NCBI RefSeq assembly: GCF_963921235.1
Contig: NC_086108.1
Span: 52,268,001 to 52,332,000 of the forward strand
Reading direction: 5' to 3'
DNA: 64,000 nucleotides
Source of the DNA: Mobula hypostoma
Taxonomy: Eukaryota
The notes beneath the pieces are model-generated. The model was not told the DNA's origin. It made no database searches and worked only from the letters and a program-made list of their open reading frames with translations. The translations under genes and the position numbers were made by a program. Positions 1-11,724 of the stretch are shown here, in pieces (the first letter of the stretch is position 1; each line of letters opens with the position of its first letter).

Positions 1-2520
1 AGTCCTACCTTCATTCCTGTCATCCTTTTGTTCTTCACATAATTGAAGAATGCCTTGGGGTTTTCCTTTACCCTACTCGCCAAGGCCTTCTCATGCCTCC
101 TTCTTGCTCTTCTCAGCCCCTTCTTAAGCTCCTTTCTTGCTTCCCTATATTCCTCAATAGACCCATCTGATCCTTGCTTCCTAAACCTCATGTATGCTGC
201 CTTCTTCCACCTGACTAGATTTTTCACCTCACTTGTCACCCATGGTTCCTTCACCCTACCATTCTTTCTCTTCCTCACCGGGACAAATTTATCCCTAACA
301 TCCTGTAAGAAATCTCTAAACATCATCCACATGTCCATAGTACATTTCCCTTTAAAAACATCATCCCATTCACACCCACAAGTTCTAGCCTTATAGCCTC
401 ATAATTTGCCCTTCCCCAATTAAAAATTTTCCTGTCCTCTCTGATTCTATCCTTTTCCATGATAATGCTAAAGGCCAGGGAGCGGTGGTCACTGTCCCCC
501 AGATGCACACCCACTGAGAGATCTGTGACCTGACCCAGTTTGTTACCAAGTACTAGATCTCATATGGCATTACCCCTAGTCGGCCTGTCCACATACTGTG
601 ACAGGAATCCGTCCTGGACACACTTAACAAACTCTGCCCCATCTAAACCCTTGGAACTAATCAGGTGCCAATCAATATTAGGGAAGTTAAAGTCGCCCAT
701 GATAACAACCCTGTTATTTTTGTACCCTTCCAGAACCTGCCTCCCAATCTGCTCCTCGGTATCTCTGCTGCTACCAGGGGGCCTACAGAATATCCCCAAT
801 AGAGTAACTGCTCCCTTCCTGTTCCTGACTTCTACCCATACTGACTCAAAAGAGGATCCTGCTACATTACCCACCCTTTCTGTAGCTGTAATAGTATCCC
901 TGACCAGTAAAGCCACCCCGCCTCCCCTTCCGCCCCCCCCCCCCATCCCTTTTAAAGCACTGAAACCCAGGAATATTGAGAATCCATTCCTGTCCTGGTG
1001 CCAGCCAAGTCTCTGTAATGGCCACTACATCATCATTCCATGTATGTATCCAAGCTCTCAGTTCATCACCTTTGTTTCTGATGCTTCTTGCATTAAGGTA
1101 CACCCATTTCAGCCCTTTTGCCTTACTACCTTTACACCGTTTATTCTGCTTCTCTTACCTCAAAGCCTCTCTATATGTTAGATCTGGCTTTACATGCACT
1201 TCTTTCACTGCTCTATTGCTCCGGGTCCCAACCCCCTTGCAAATTAGTTTAAACCGTCCCGAACCATGCTCGCAAACCTACCTGCAAGGATATTGCTCCC
1301 CCTGGAGTTCAAGTGCAATCCATCCAATTTGTACAGGTCCCACCTTCCCCAGAGGAGATCCCAATGATCCAAAAATCTAAAACCCTGCTCCCCGCACCAA
1401 CTCCTCAGCCATGCATTCAACTGCCATCTCCTCCAATTCTTACCATCACTATCACGTAGCACTGGCAGTAATCCTGAGAACGCCACCATTGAGGTCCTGT
1501 TCTTCAGCCTTCTGCCTAGTTCCCGAAACTCACACTTCAGGACCTCATCCTTCTTCCTGCCTACGTCGTTGGTCCCAACATGTAACACAACTTCTGGTTG
1601 CTTTCCCTCTCGTACCAGGATGTTGTGCACCCGGTCAGAGACGTCTCGGACCCTGGCACCCGGGAGGCAACAAACCATGCGAGTGTCCTTCTCATGTCCA
1701 CAAAATCTCCTGTCTGCTCCCCTGACTATAGAGTCTCCAATGACGACAGCTCTTCTCTTCTCCGTCCCACCCTTCTGCACCACTGGGTCAGACTCAGTGC
1801 CGGAGGCCCTGCCACCATGGCTCACACCTGGTTGATTGTCCCTGCCAACAGTATCCAGGACGGTAAACTTATTATTCAGGGGAATGGCTACAGGGATGCT
1901 CTGCACTACCTGTCTGCTCACCTTCGCTTTCCCCCCTCTGACTGTCACCCAACGACCTGCTTCCCACAGTCTAGGTGTGACTACCTCTCTGTAGCTCTCA
2001 TCTATGACTGCCTCCTTCTCCCTTATGAGTCGAAGGTCATCCAGCTGCTGCTCCAGATTCCTTACATGGTCTTCCAGAAGTGCATCTGCCGTATGCACTT
2101 CTGGCAGATGTGACTCTGCGGGAGAGGGGCGTTCCCCCAAGACTGCCACATCTCACATGAAAGGCACATCACCGTCTCAGGAGACATTGTAAAGACTAAC
2201 TGCGAGCAAGCTTGTCCTCTGCCTCTTCTCATTGAAGCCTTTCGAATCAAAGCCGCAAAGCTCCACTCCTTCATTGGCCCACTCACTCACCGGCCGCTCC
2301 ACTTGAACTACCCCTCTATTTATCTGTTTGAGCCTTTCAAAATGCTTGATCACCTGACCTCGATTGCCCAATCAGCTGCTTTCTGCTGAGTCTGAGCTAT
2401 TCAAATCTTGATTGACTTGATTGCACAGACCAACTGCCAAAACTGCCAGAATCTCTCGAGACAAAGCCTCAAAGCTCCACTCCTTCACTGGCTCACTCAC
2501 TCACTGGCCGCTTTCCACTA
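1..2520 (-). mobile_element. CR1-clade LINE, 5' part (5' UTR, ORF1, start of ORF2 APE endonuclease); fairly young but frameshifted
   Basis: ORF1 with CxxC..CxxC, coiled coil and SGNH esterase motifs (VIGDS, HVGTND, DGLHLN). ORF2 pieces YLNARSIRNK, AITETWL, GGGVALLV, MGDFNFP, SDH, broken at a poly-C run near 921-945. Confidence 0.93.
1244..2187 (-). pseudogene. CR1 ORF1 (zinc-finger/leucine-zipper plus SGNH esterase), one frameshift near 2075-2090
   Basis: The MSPETVMCLSCEMW...HICQKC frame (ATG 2187) shifts into LLEDHVRNLEQQLDDL...GDSIVRG...DGLHLN (ORF 1244..2149). Confidence 0.85.
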
Positions 2521-4310
2521 ATATTCCTTCCACATATATTATTTATATATATATATAGCTCTCTTAAATGTAGTATGTAGTAGTTGGAATTCTGTATCCT
2601 CCATACCTTTTACACTGACTGTACCCCTGTTAATATTAGGGCAGTTGGAATCTCCCAATTTTATTTTATTCATCCTTGTTTTTTTCAAAATCAGAAATTA
2701 TATTCTTCAAGCTGTCTCTTCCTTTTTTTATGGTTTTATAAGAGCATTTGATATGCTGAACTATACTAACCTCCCTTCTGCCTCTTTTCAATCAAACAGC
2801 TTTATAAGATCATACCATCATACCAGCTCCATGGTAGGTCCCATTCTAATCAACCTGAATACATAGAAACATAGAAAATAGGTGCAGGAGAAGCAGGTCA
2901 TATTTCTCCAGAAAAAGTTCATCTTCTATCTGCCATAAAACCAGCTTTCCTCTGCGAGCAGATTTTACTTATCTCATTGGTTCACTGCCTCATTTGACCC
3001 TGTGACCCTCTCTGTATTATGAGATGATCTTCTGGCATGAAGCCATGGATGAGCCATGACTTCTCCAAATGAACACAAATAAGACTGACATCATCATTTC
3101 TAGACCTTACGGTCTTTTCCATATTGCCACCAATTCCACCAAATTCATTGTCCACCCTCCCTCGTCACTCCTTCTGTGACCTAATATCCATTCTCTTTCC
3201 GGTCCTAATTACTTTCTGCCATTATAATGCACGTTGCTGCATTTTCTTTGTTAATACGTTAGTTGTTATTACAGTTGCACAATAATTGTAGGAAAAGAGG
3301 AGTGAAACTAAAAGTTACAGTATAGAATTATTTTTGTAGAGTTCCATTTATTTCCTGTCAACCACTAAACAGTAAACTTGAGCTAAAAAAAAACACAAAC
3401 CAGAGGTTTGATGAGTGGCTAACATAACGGTGTCTTTCACAACAATGTCGCAGGCAGTAGTGCTGCTGTCACTCGTACTCTGAAGTGACTTCTATTTTTC
3501 CCCAAGTTTCCTTGGGACTGGATCTAGTAATTAAGTTTGAGGCAGACCTTTTGATTTTTTTTTTATCATTGCCTTCAAGTAAATAACTACAATTGTCATA
3601 GGATTGAATTATTTTCAATAATTTTTGTGCTTGAATGGATTATCCTTTGAGGAGCAGGGATTTTGTCTTTTGAGAGTCTAACCCTCTGAGGTACATCTGT
3701 ACTTCATTAAATTGACAGTGTAGCTGTTAACCAGTGACTGTGAAGTTTTGTCTTCATTCAGTTGATTTTCTTTGACAAAAGATCTAGTTATAGATCATTA
3801 GCAAAGGTGTTTCAACATGTTCCAGAATTTTTATTGGGCAAAACAGTTGCCCTTTAACCTCTTTCTTGGAAGAGTTCCAACGTGCTTTGACATTAAATTA
3901 CCGGGAAGGGAGGAGTAAAGATATTCTAGCAGTTTATTCTGGACACAGGCTGAGAAGAGAGAGCAGCAGGAGAAGGCTGGATGGGAAGCATATGCTAATT
4001 AGTTGAGCTTGGAGAACATAATCAGTGCAGTTTACTCTGTAAAACTATCACCATTGCCTGGTCCACTGTCACTATTGCTCCCAGGTATGAGTGACAGTGA
4101 TCGCTGCTGACCAGTTGATTAATTACTACTTTCTTCCTGGATCTTGATTTCCTGCACTTTCCTTAAAGTAGTGGAAGTCCTCACTGCACTGATCATTGAT
4201 GGTGGCATTTAGGTTCTCTTGGCTGGGGAAATGGCTCCTCTGTGGCTGTCCATGCTGTCAAAGAACAGCCCTCTCTATCGAGGATCCCTCTTTTCCTTCT
4301 CCTTGTGCAG

Positions 4311-4448
4311 TGCCCGTAACCTGGAGAGGGAAGTGATCTTTCTTCGCAAACAGATGGAGAAGGAGCGAAGCCTGCTACATGGGCAGCTGAGAAATTTAAT
4401 GCAGCAGCAACAGATCCTGGCTGCAAGTTCCAAGGAGGAACTAGACAA
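4311..4448 (+). CDS. PDE4DIP: Myomegalin coding exon (138 nt, phase 2-2): ARNLEREVIFLRKQMEKERSLLHGQLRNLMQQQQILAASSKEELD
   Basis: Long pyrimidine tract plus tgcag acceptor, AA|gtaaga donor, coiled-coil heptad character; joins in frame to 13333. Confidence 0.75.
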
Positions 4449-6239
4449 GTAAGAGTTCACTCTAGGTCTAACTTAATGAATGAAAAAATGAAGGACCCCA
4501 GTTTAGAGAAATCTTTATTTTCAGGAATTGTCGATGAGCTTATACCTAAGCCTAAATGTGCAGCGATGTAAGTGTGAGTTAACTTATGAGAAGCTGAAAG
4601 AAGGGTATAAACAGGTATAACACTGTCAGAGTGAGATTTGGCTAATTAATGAAAATGCCTTCAAACTTCATTGTTTGCTAGAAAGAATGTTGGAGTTTAT
4701 TATAATTTTTAGGGACTGAGGATCATTGTCAAATTGTGGGTTGCTTTTCATTGCTCTTATAATACCTTGGGACCATTTGAAACACTGTGGCACAAAGTTT
4801 ACACAGTTATTAATAAAATATAAGATTAATATAATACAAACTACGTAAATATAAGTAGTTCTGTCTCTAGGCTATTATAAACTATATGTAGTTTAAACAA
4901 CTGTTTAGTGATATGTTCACTATTGTATATACAGTTTGCTAAACTCACTGTATACAGAACAATATAGCCTCTATAGATGTTGACAACATTGTCAGTATAA
5001 ATAAGTTAGAGCTTCTGTGTATCCATGATTGACATCATCTGAATATCCACAATATGAGTTCTATATTTCCAATGTAATGCTCTAATATGTACAATTATTG
5101 ATATGCTTCATGTATTAAGGATTTGTGCCTGGCTATATGTACTGCTTCTCACATTTTCAGGATACATTGTGTATAGAAATTATTAGGATTTCATTATGTA
5201 TGGAGTAATCATAATCAATACATGCAAGCTACCATAGCATAATACAGTCATTCTAGATTTATGCAGCCTCTTCACTGGTTTAAAGTTCTCCCTGTAACTA
5301 GAAATGACTCCAATGTCTGTACGGACCAGGATGATTCAGGTACAGTCATTCTTTACTGAGTTCTTTAGCACAAATTGGTACAACTGTTTCTTTTATAAAT
5401 GACTTTACTCAAATGGTGAATATAATTGGTTTAATATAATGTACTGTATATGCAAGGCAAATAAATCTACTGTATACGCAGAAGCTGATACTGTCGCTAT
5501 ATAAAGATCATGTGTACACAGGATGTAGCAGTCACTGTATACTTGTTAGATTGTTAGTTTAGTTGGTGAATGTCGAGGTCAGGTTAATGCAGTCAGTGTT
5601 TGTTCAAATCAATACTACCATAATTCTTGTTCAAAGAAATTAACTATATTACAGAATTCAGTTAATATGTTTAACTTGTTCAGATTACTGTGCATTTCTC
5701 TATGTGTACATGTCACTGCGGTAGGACTGACGGGTTAATGTGTCTCTGGGCTGGATTTTGTAAATAGAGATGGTAGTTCCAGTAGATGGAAGTTTGAGAC
5801 TGTTGTGTGCAGGTAGATGTCTCACCTTCTTGTCAGGTGTTCGATGGTCACAGGACACCTGCATAGTGCTGCTGGATTCATCATGGGAGTCCAACAAGAA
5901 GGCAAAAGGTTCCTCAAATTTCATGCAACCGAGTTTGGGAAATCTATCCATTGAGTCTGTGCCAGAACAGTAGCCCATGTCAACGACAGATTTGACGGCT
6001 GACAAGTTTGACGGGGTGGGGAAGGGGTGGGAGGTGAACCATACGGCTATCAAGGCAATCCAAGGTGGATAGATTGGCAGAGTAAAGCTTTACACCACAC
6101 TGACTAAATGGGAGTTGCCTTGCCAAGAAAGAGCAGACTTCAAAGACTGGCAAATAATAGGATTGGCAGCTTACCAGTCAACAGAATTTCTGGTTTAATG
6201 GGGTTCAGATTTATGGATCATTGGAATCTCCTCTAGGCC

Positions 6240-6655
6240 AGTACTCACTGAAATTTAGAAGAATGCACGAGGATCTCATCAAAACCTACCAAGTGTTGAA
6301 AAGACTAGATAGGGTGGATGTGGAGAAGATGTCTCCTCTGGTAGGGGTATCCAGAACTAGAGAGCATAGCCTCAAAATTGAAGGGTGACTTTTTAGAATA
6401 GAGGTAAGGAGGGATTTTTTTTAGCCAGAGAGCAGTGAATCCTTGGAAAGCTTTGCCACAGACTGTGGTGGAGGTCAAGTCTGTGGATATATTTAAGGCA
6501 GACGTTGATTGTTTCCTGATTGGACAGGGCATCAAAGGATAAAGTGAGAAGGCAGGTGTATGGAGTTGAGTGGGATCTGGGATCACCCATAATGGAATAC
6601 TGGAGCAGATTCGATGGGCTAAATGGCCTAATTCTACTCCTATGTCCTATGGTCT
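6240..6655 (+). mobile_element. CR1 3' end fragment (ORF2 C-terminus and 3' UTR)
   Basis: Typical tail gatgggctaaatggcctaattctactcctatgtcctatggtct; similar to the reverse complement of the element at 16.9-17.3 kb. Confidence 0.8.
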
Positions 6656-7637
6656 AGTGTTGATGCTTATAAGATCACTCTACATATAAAACAATACAGA
6701 ATGTGTGTATGCAAAGTGTTGTATTCAGTGTTGGACAATCGATGTCAGGGAGTGTATAAAAAGAGCTCGCTTTCAACCAGAACAACAGGATTTTAAAGGC
6801 AGAGCTTCGTGGCAGTGTCTCTGAGTTGAGGAGCAACCAATCAGCAGGAGGCAGTGCATAAAAAGAGAGAGGCAGGAGCTATAGGGAGGTAGTCACCCCC
6901 AGATCACAGGAGACAGGAACTGGGTGACTGTCAGGAGGAAAAGGGGAAATGCACAGGCAGTGCAGAGCACCCCAGTGGCCATTCCCCTCCATAATAAGTA
7001 TACAACTTTAGATACTATTGAGGGGGGACAACCTACCGGGGGAGCCACAGTGACTGGGTCCCTGACACTGAGCCTGGTGCTGTGGCTCAGAAGCACAGAG
7101 AGGTGAAGAGGACTGCAGTGTTGATAGGAGCTTCTCTAATCAGAGGAACAGAGCCGAGGTTCTATGGATGCGATAGAGACAACCGGATGGTATGTTGCCT
7201 CCCTGGTGCCAGGATCAGGGATGTCTCAGATCATGTCCACGGCATTCTCAAGGGCGAGGGTAGGCAGCCAGAAGTCTTGCTACATATTGGCACCAATGAC
7301 ATAGGTAGACAAGGTGAGGAGGTCCTGAAGAGAGATGTTAGGGAGCAAGGTAGAAAGCTGAGAAACAGGACTTCCAGGGCAGTAATCTCTGGACTGTTGC
7401 CTGTGCCATGTGCCAGTGAGGGTAAGAACAGGATGACTTGACAGGTGAATGTGTAGCTGAGGAACTGTTGTAGAGAGCAGGGTTCAGATTTATGGATCAT
7501 TGGGATCTCCTCAGGGGAAGGTATGACCTGTACAGAAGGAATGGGTTATACCTGAACCCTGAAGGGGTCTAATATCCTTGCAGGCAGTTTGGCTAGAGTT
7601 GTTTGGGGAGGGTTAAACTGATTTGGCAGGGGTATGG

Positions 7638-7860
7638 TGTGGTAAACCATATATATGTTGTAACTGGGTTAACTGGATACGCCCCTCTGCTGACTGCCCC
7701 TGTGGCTCCTCCCACAGAGTCCTGTATAAAGGTGTTTCACCTTGCCCCTCCCCCTCAGTCCGGGGGCAGACACTCACCGTGGAGGTCATATTGTACAGCG
7801 AATAAAAGCCTTTTAGTATTTACCCTACTTCAGTCTTTTGGAGTTATTGAAGGTGCTTCG
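7638..7860 (+). mobile_element. Solo LTR (about 223 bp) inserted in CR1
   Basis: Starts TGTGG, TATAAA at 7725-7730, AATAAA at 7801-7806, ends gcttcg (decayed ...CA); 5-bp flanks tatgg/gatgg as an imperfect TSD. Confidence 0.75.
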
Positions 7861-8473
7861 GATGGGTACCAGAGTGATAGTGCTGAAGATCAGGTAACTG
7901 GTTTACAAACAGAGGTAATGTGTAGTGAACAGAGGCTGTTGATGTGGCAAAATTGTAGTCAACAGGATGAGTTTCAATGTAAAAGGTGGACGAAATCGAA
8001 AAGGGTGATTACAGGGCTGAAGGTGTTATATTTGAATGTGCATAAAATATGGAATAACTCAATAATAAGTATACAACTTCAGATACTGTTGAGGGGGACA
8101 ACCTACTGGGTGAGCCATGGTGACTGGGTCTCTAGCACTGAATCTGGTGCTGTGGCTCAGAAGCACAGAGCTGAATACAGAATAATCCGCTTGAACTTGT
8201 AGCACAGTTACAGATTGCCATGTATGATGTTGTAGGCATCACTGAATCATGGCCAGGAGCTTAATGTCCAAGGGTACACATATTATCAAAAGAACAGACA
8301 GGTAGGCAGAGGGGATGGCATTGCTGTGTTTGTAAAAATGAATTCAAATCGTTAGAAAGAGGTGAGATAGGGGTGGAAGGTGTTGAATCATTGTGGATAG
8401 AGCTAAGAAACCGCAAGGGTAAAAAGACCTTGACGGGAGTTGTATACAGACCCCCAAACACTAGTAAGGATGT

Positions 8474-9061
8474 CTCTCTGTCTGAAGCCTCCGTCAGTCA
8501 GAGCTGACCATGGATATTGTGTCCTAGCTGTCTAGATACACGAGCCTGGCCAGTACGATATGGAGAGCAAGCTGTTGCTCATGTAGCAAGCTCCCTCTCT
8601 CCATGCATCTGATGAACCCAAAGCAATGGCGGAGACCGATACAGTTTGGTACCAGCAGTGTCACAGGAGTTGCCAGTCAGCATTGAACTCAATATAGGAC
8701 TGCCTTAAGGATTCCAGCTCCGGTTTTCTCCCTTGGGGTTTACTCCCAAAGGAGTGGTTGTAGCCAGAAGACAGAGGAGATTTGAGATCAGAGTTTTTCT
8801 ACTCTTATGTGAGCTGTCAACCACAGCTGATGAGCCCTATCTGCCAGAAACAACTGGTTTTAAGGCACCAGTAACCCACCTTTGCCCCTTCTGTTGTCAG
8901 TAGAAATAGTTCTGCCCGGTTCAGTAGCTAACCACACGTGAAAGCCAGGAGCTGGACTTGGCTGTCAGAGGCCATTTGAGGCATATGCCATTGGGAGCAT
9001 TTAATAGTTAATGGGAGCTTGTTCCCATTACCACCCTCGGCTATAACAAACTTAAGGAACC
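8474..9061 (-). mobile_element. Non-autonomous RTE-related short retroelement (about 588 bp) inserted in CR1 ORF2
   Basis: Exact 8-bp TSD aaggatgt (8466-8473 / 9062-9069). Minus strand has an RTE-5'UTR-like gggagtaaacccc...aaaaccggagctgga motif and a GA-rich tail. Family assignment from recall. Confidence 0.65.
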
Positions 9062-10959
9062 AAGGATGTGGTCTACAAATTACAATGGGAGATAGAAAAT
9101 GCATGCCAAAAGAACATTGTTATAATAGCCATGAGGGATTTCGATATACAGGTAGATTGGGAAAATCAGGTTGGTGCTGGATTAGAGGAAGGGGAATTTC
9201 TAGAGTACCAAGGAATTGGCCTTGAGCAGCTCGTGGTTGAGCCCATTAGAGGATCAGCTATTCTGGATTGGGTATTGTGCAATAAACCAGAATTGATTAG
9301 AGAGCTTAAAATAAAACATCCCTTGGGGGCAAGTGATCATAATATAATCAAATTCACCCTGAAATTTGAGAAGGAGAAGCTGAAGTCAGATGTAGCAGTA
9401 TTACAGTGGAGTAAAGGGAATTACAAATGCATGAGAGAGGAGTTAGCCAGAATTGATTGGAAAAGAACACTGGAAGGGATGATGGCAGAGCAGCAATGGC
9501 TGGAATTTCTGGAAGCAATTTGAAAGGCACAGGATTATACATCCCAGAAGAAAGAAGTATTCTAAAGGTAAGAAGATGGAACTGTGTCTAACAAGAGAAG
9601 TCAAAACCAACATAAAAGCCAAAGAGAGGCCATATAATAGAGCAAATAGTAGTGGGAAGTTAGAGGATTGGGAAGCTTTTAAAAACCAACAGAAGGCAAC
9701 TAAACAGTTAATTAAGAAAGTAAAGATGGAATACAAAAATAAGCCCGCCAATAATATTAAAGATGATACCAAAAGTTTCTTCAGATACATAAAGTGTAAA
9801 AGAGAGGCAAGAGTGGATATCGGACCACCGGAAAATGATGTTGTAGTAATGGGGGACAAGGAAATGGAGGACGAACTGAATAACTATTATGCATCAGTCT
9901 TCACTGTGGAAGACACTAGCAGTATGGTGGAAGTTCCAGGTGTCAGAGGTCCTGAAGTTACCATAACTGGAGAGAAGATTCTTGAGAAACTGAAAGGTCT
10001 GAAGATAGATAAGTCACCTGGACTAGGTGGCATACATCCCAGGGTTCTGAAAGATGTTGCTGAAGACATTGTGGAGGCATTAGTAATGATCCTTCAAGAA
10101 TTACTAGATTCTGGAATGGTTCCAGAAGACTGGAAATTTGCAAATGTCACTCCAGTCTCAAGAAGGGAGAGAAGCAGAATAAAGAAAACTATAGGCCAAT
10201 TCGTCTGATTTCAGTGGTTGGGAAGATGTTGGAGTCGATTATTAAGCATGAGGGTACTTGGAGACACATGATAAAGTAGCCCATAGTCAGCATGGTTTCC
10301 TCAAGGGAAAATCTTGTCTGACAAATCTGTTGGAATTCTTTGAAGAAATACCAAGCAGGATAGACAAAGGAGAATCTGTTGATGTGGTGTACATGGATTT
10401 TCAGAAAGCCTTTGACAAGGTGCCACACATGAGGCTGCTTAAAAAGCTACAACCCCATGGTATTACAGGAAATATTCTAGCATGGATAGAGCAATGGCTA
10501 TTTGGCAGAACGGAAAGAGAGGGAATAAAGGGAATTTTTTCTGATTGGCTGCCGGTGACTGTTGGGACCGATTCTTTTTATGTTATATGTCAATGATTTG
10601 GAAGATGGAATTGATGGCTTTGTTGCAAACTTTGCAGACAATACAAAGATAGGTGGAGGGGCAGGTAGTTTTGAGGAATCAGAGAGGCTACAGAAGGACT
10701 TAGATTAGGAGAATGGGCAAAGAAGTGGCGGATGGAATATAGTGTCGGGAAGTGTACGGTCATCCACTTTAATAGAAGAAATGAAAGGGTTGAATATTTT
10801 CTAAATGGGGAGAAAATACAAAAATACTGAGGCACAAAGGGACTTGGGAGTCCTTGTGCAGGAGTCCCTAAAGGTTAATTTGCAGGTTGAGTCTGTGGTG
10901 AGGAAGGCAAATGCGATGTTAGCATTCATTTCAAGAGGACTACAAAGCAAAAACAAGGA

Positions 10960-11100
10960 AGACACACACATGCTGGAGGAACTCAGCAGGCCAGGCAGCA
11001 TCTATGGAAAAAGGTACAGTCGACATTTTGGGCCGAGGCCCTTCCGCAGGACTGGAAAAAAGAAAAGATGAGGAGTAGATTTAAAAAGTGGGGCAGGGGA
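10960..11100 (-). mobile_element. Penelope-like element terminal fragment with decayed hammerhead motif (11017-11054)
   Basis: atgctggaggaactcagcaggccaggcagcatctatgg... same family as the 45005-45625 copy, which carries a GIY-YIG remnant. Confidence 0.8.
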
Positions 11101-11189
11101 GTTATTTTGGTCTCAAAACTGGAGATATTCACTTGGGAGAGGACATTGGTAATGGTCTATTTATCCTGTCAACAGATTTGGAGGATTTG

Positions 11190-11451
11190 TGCTGTGTACA
11201 TACATCTGCTGATGCCTCTGGACACATCTTCAGTGATGTTCCTGGAATCATCGGGTGTTTCGGGTCTTTAAACATGATACGCCCCCCTCCAATTGACCCA
11301 GCCGGGGCTGATCAGACCCCAGCTTGTGTCCAGATGGCTAGCTACTTATGTCTCCATGGCTCCCCTCTTTTGAGCCACAGCCATCTTGAGGCCCTCTCTG
11401 CCGCATCAGTGGTACTGCGGATGGCTCTCCTCTTCCTTTCTCCCTTGATGC
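11190..11451 (-). mobile_element. HERO-like (R2 group, RLE-type) non-LTR 3' end fragment
   Basis: Minus strand reads IKGERKRRAIRSTTDAAERASRWLWLKRGEPWRHK*, followed by a 3' UTR gggtctgatcagccccggctgggtc...gacccgaaacaccc. Family call from recall. Confidence 0.7.
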
Positions 11452-11724
11452 AAATATATTGGCATCTCTCTATTCCAACTATTTAACAACTTGACATAGA
11501 AAATTCTTGTATTTTTGCTGATGAAATATATTTTTCCATTGGCTCTTGTGCATTGCTTCTAATTGCAGGTTTGTGTTTTGTTCAACAGTAAATACCAGGA
11601 CCACTATAAAAATTGCTAGCATGGTAAAAGAGAAACTAAGCATAACTTTAGGCCTACAAGACAAACTTGAGAATTTTTCTTTTAGTGACTGCTTCAGAGA
11701 CTGAAAGACAAAACACACCACCTT

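Noticed and set aside
540..2113. Several long + strand ORFs (213 aa, 134 aa, 171 aa)
   Set aside because: Antisense shadows of the minus-strand CR1 ORFs.
7603..8202. 199-aa ORF on the + strand
   Set aside because: Chance read-through across CR1 ORF1 end, a solo LTR, CR1 ORF2 start and a duplicated segment; chimeric TE sequence, not a gene.
8936..8942. TTCACGT heptamer (minus strand) identical to the L3 loop of CPEB3/HDV-like ribozymes
   Set aside because: The flanking bases (GCT/GTG) cannot form P3 and no convincing P1/P2 nested pseudoknot could be built.
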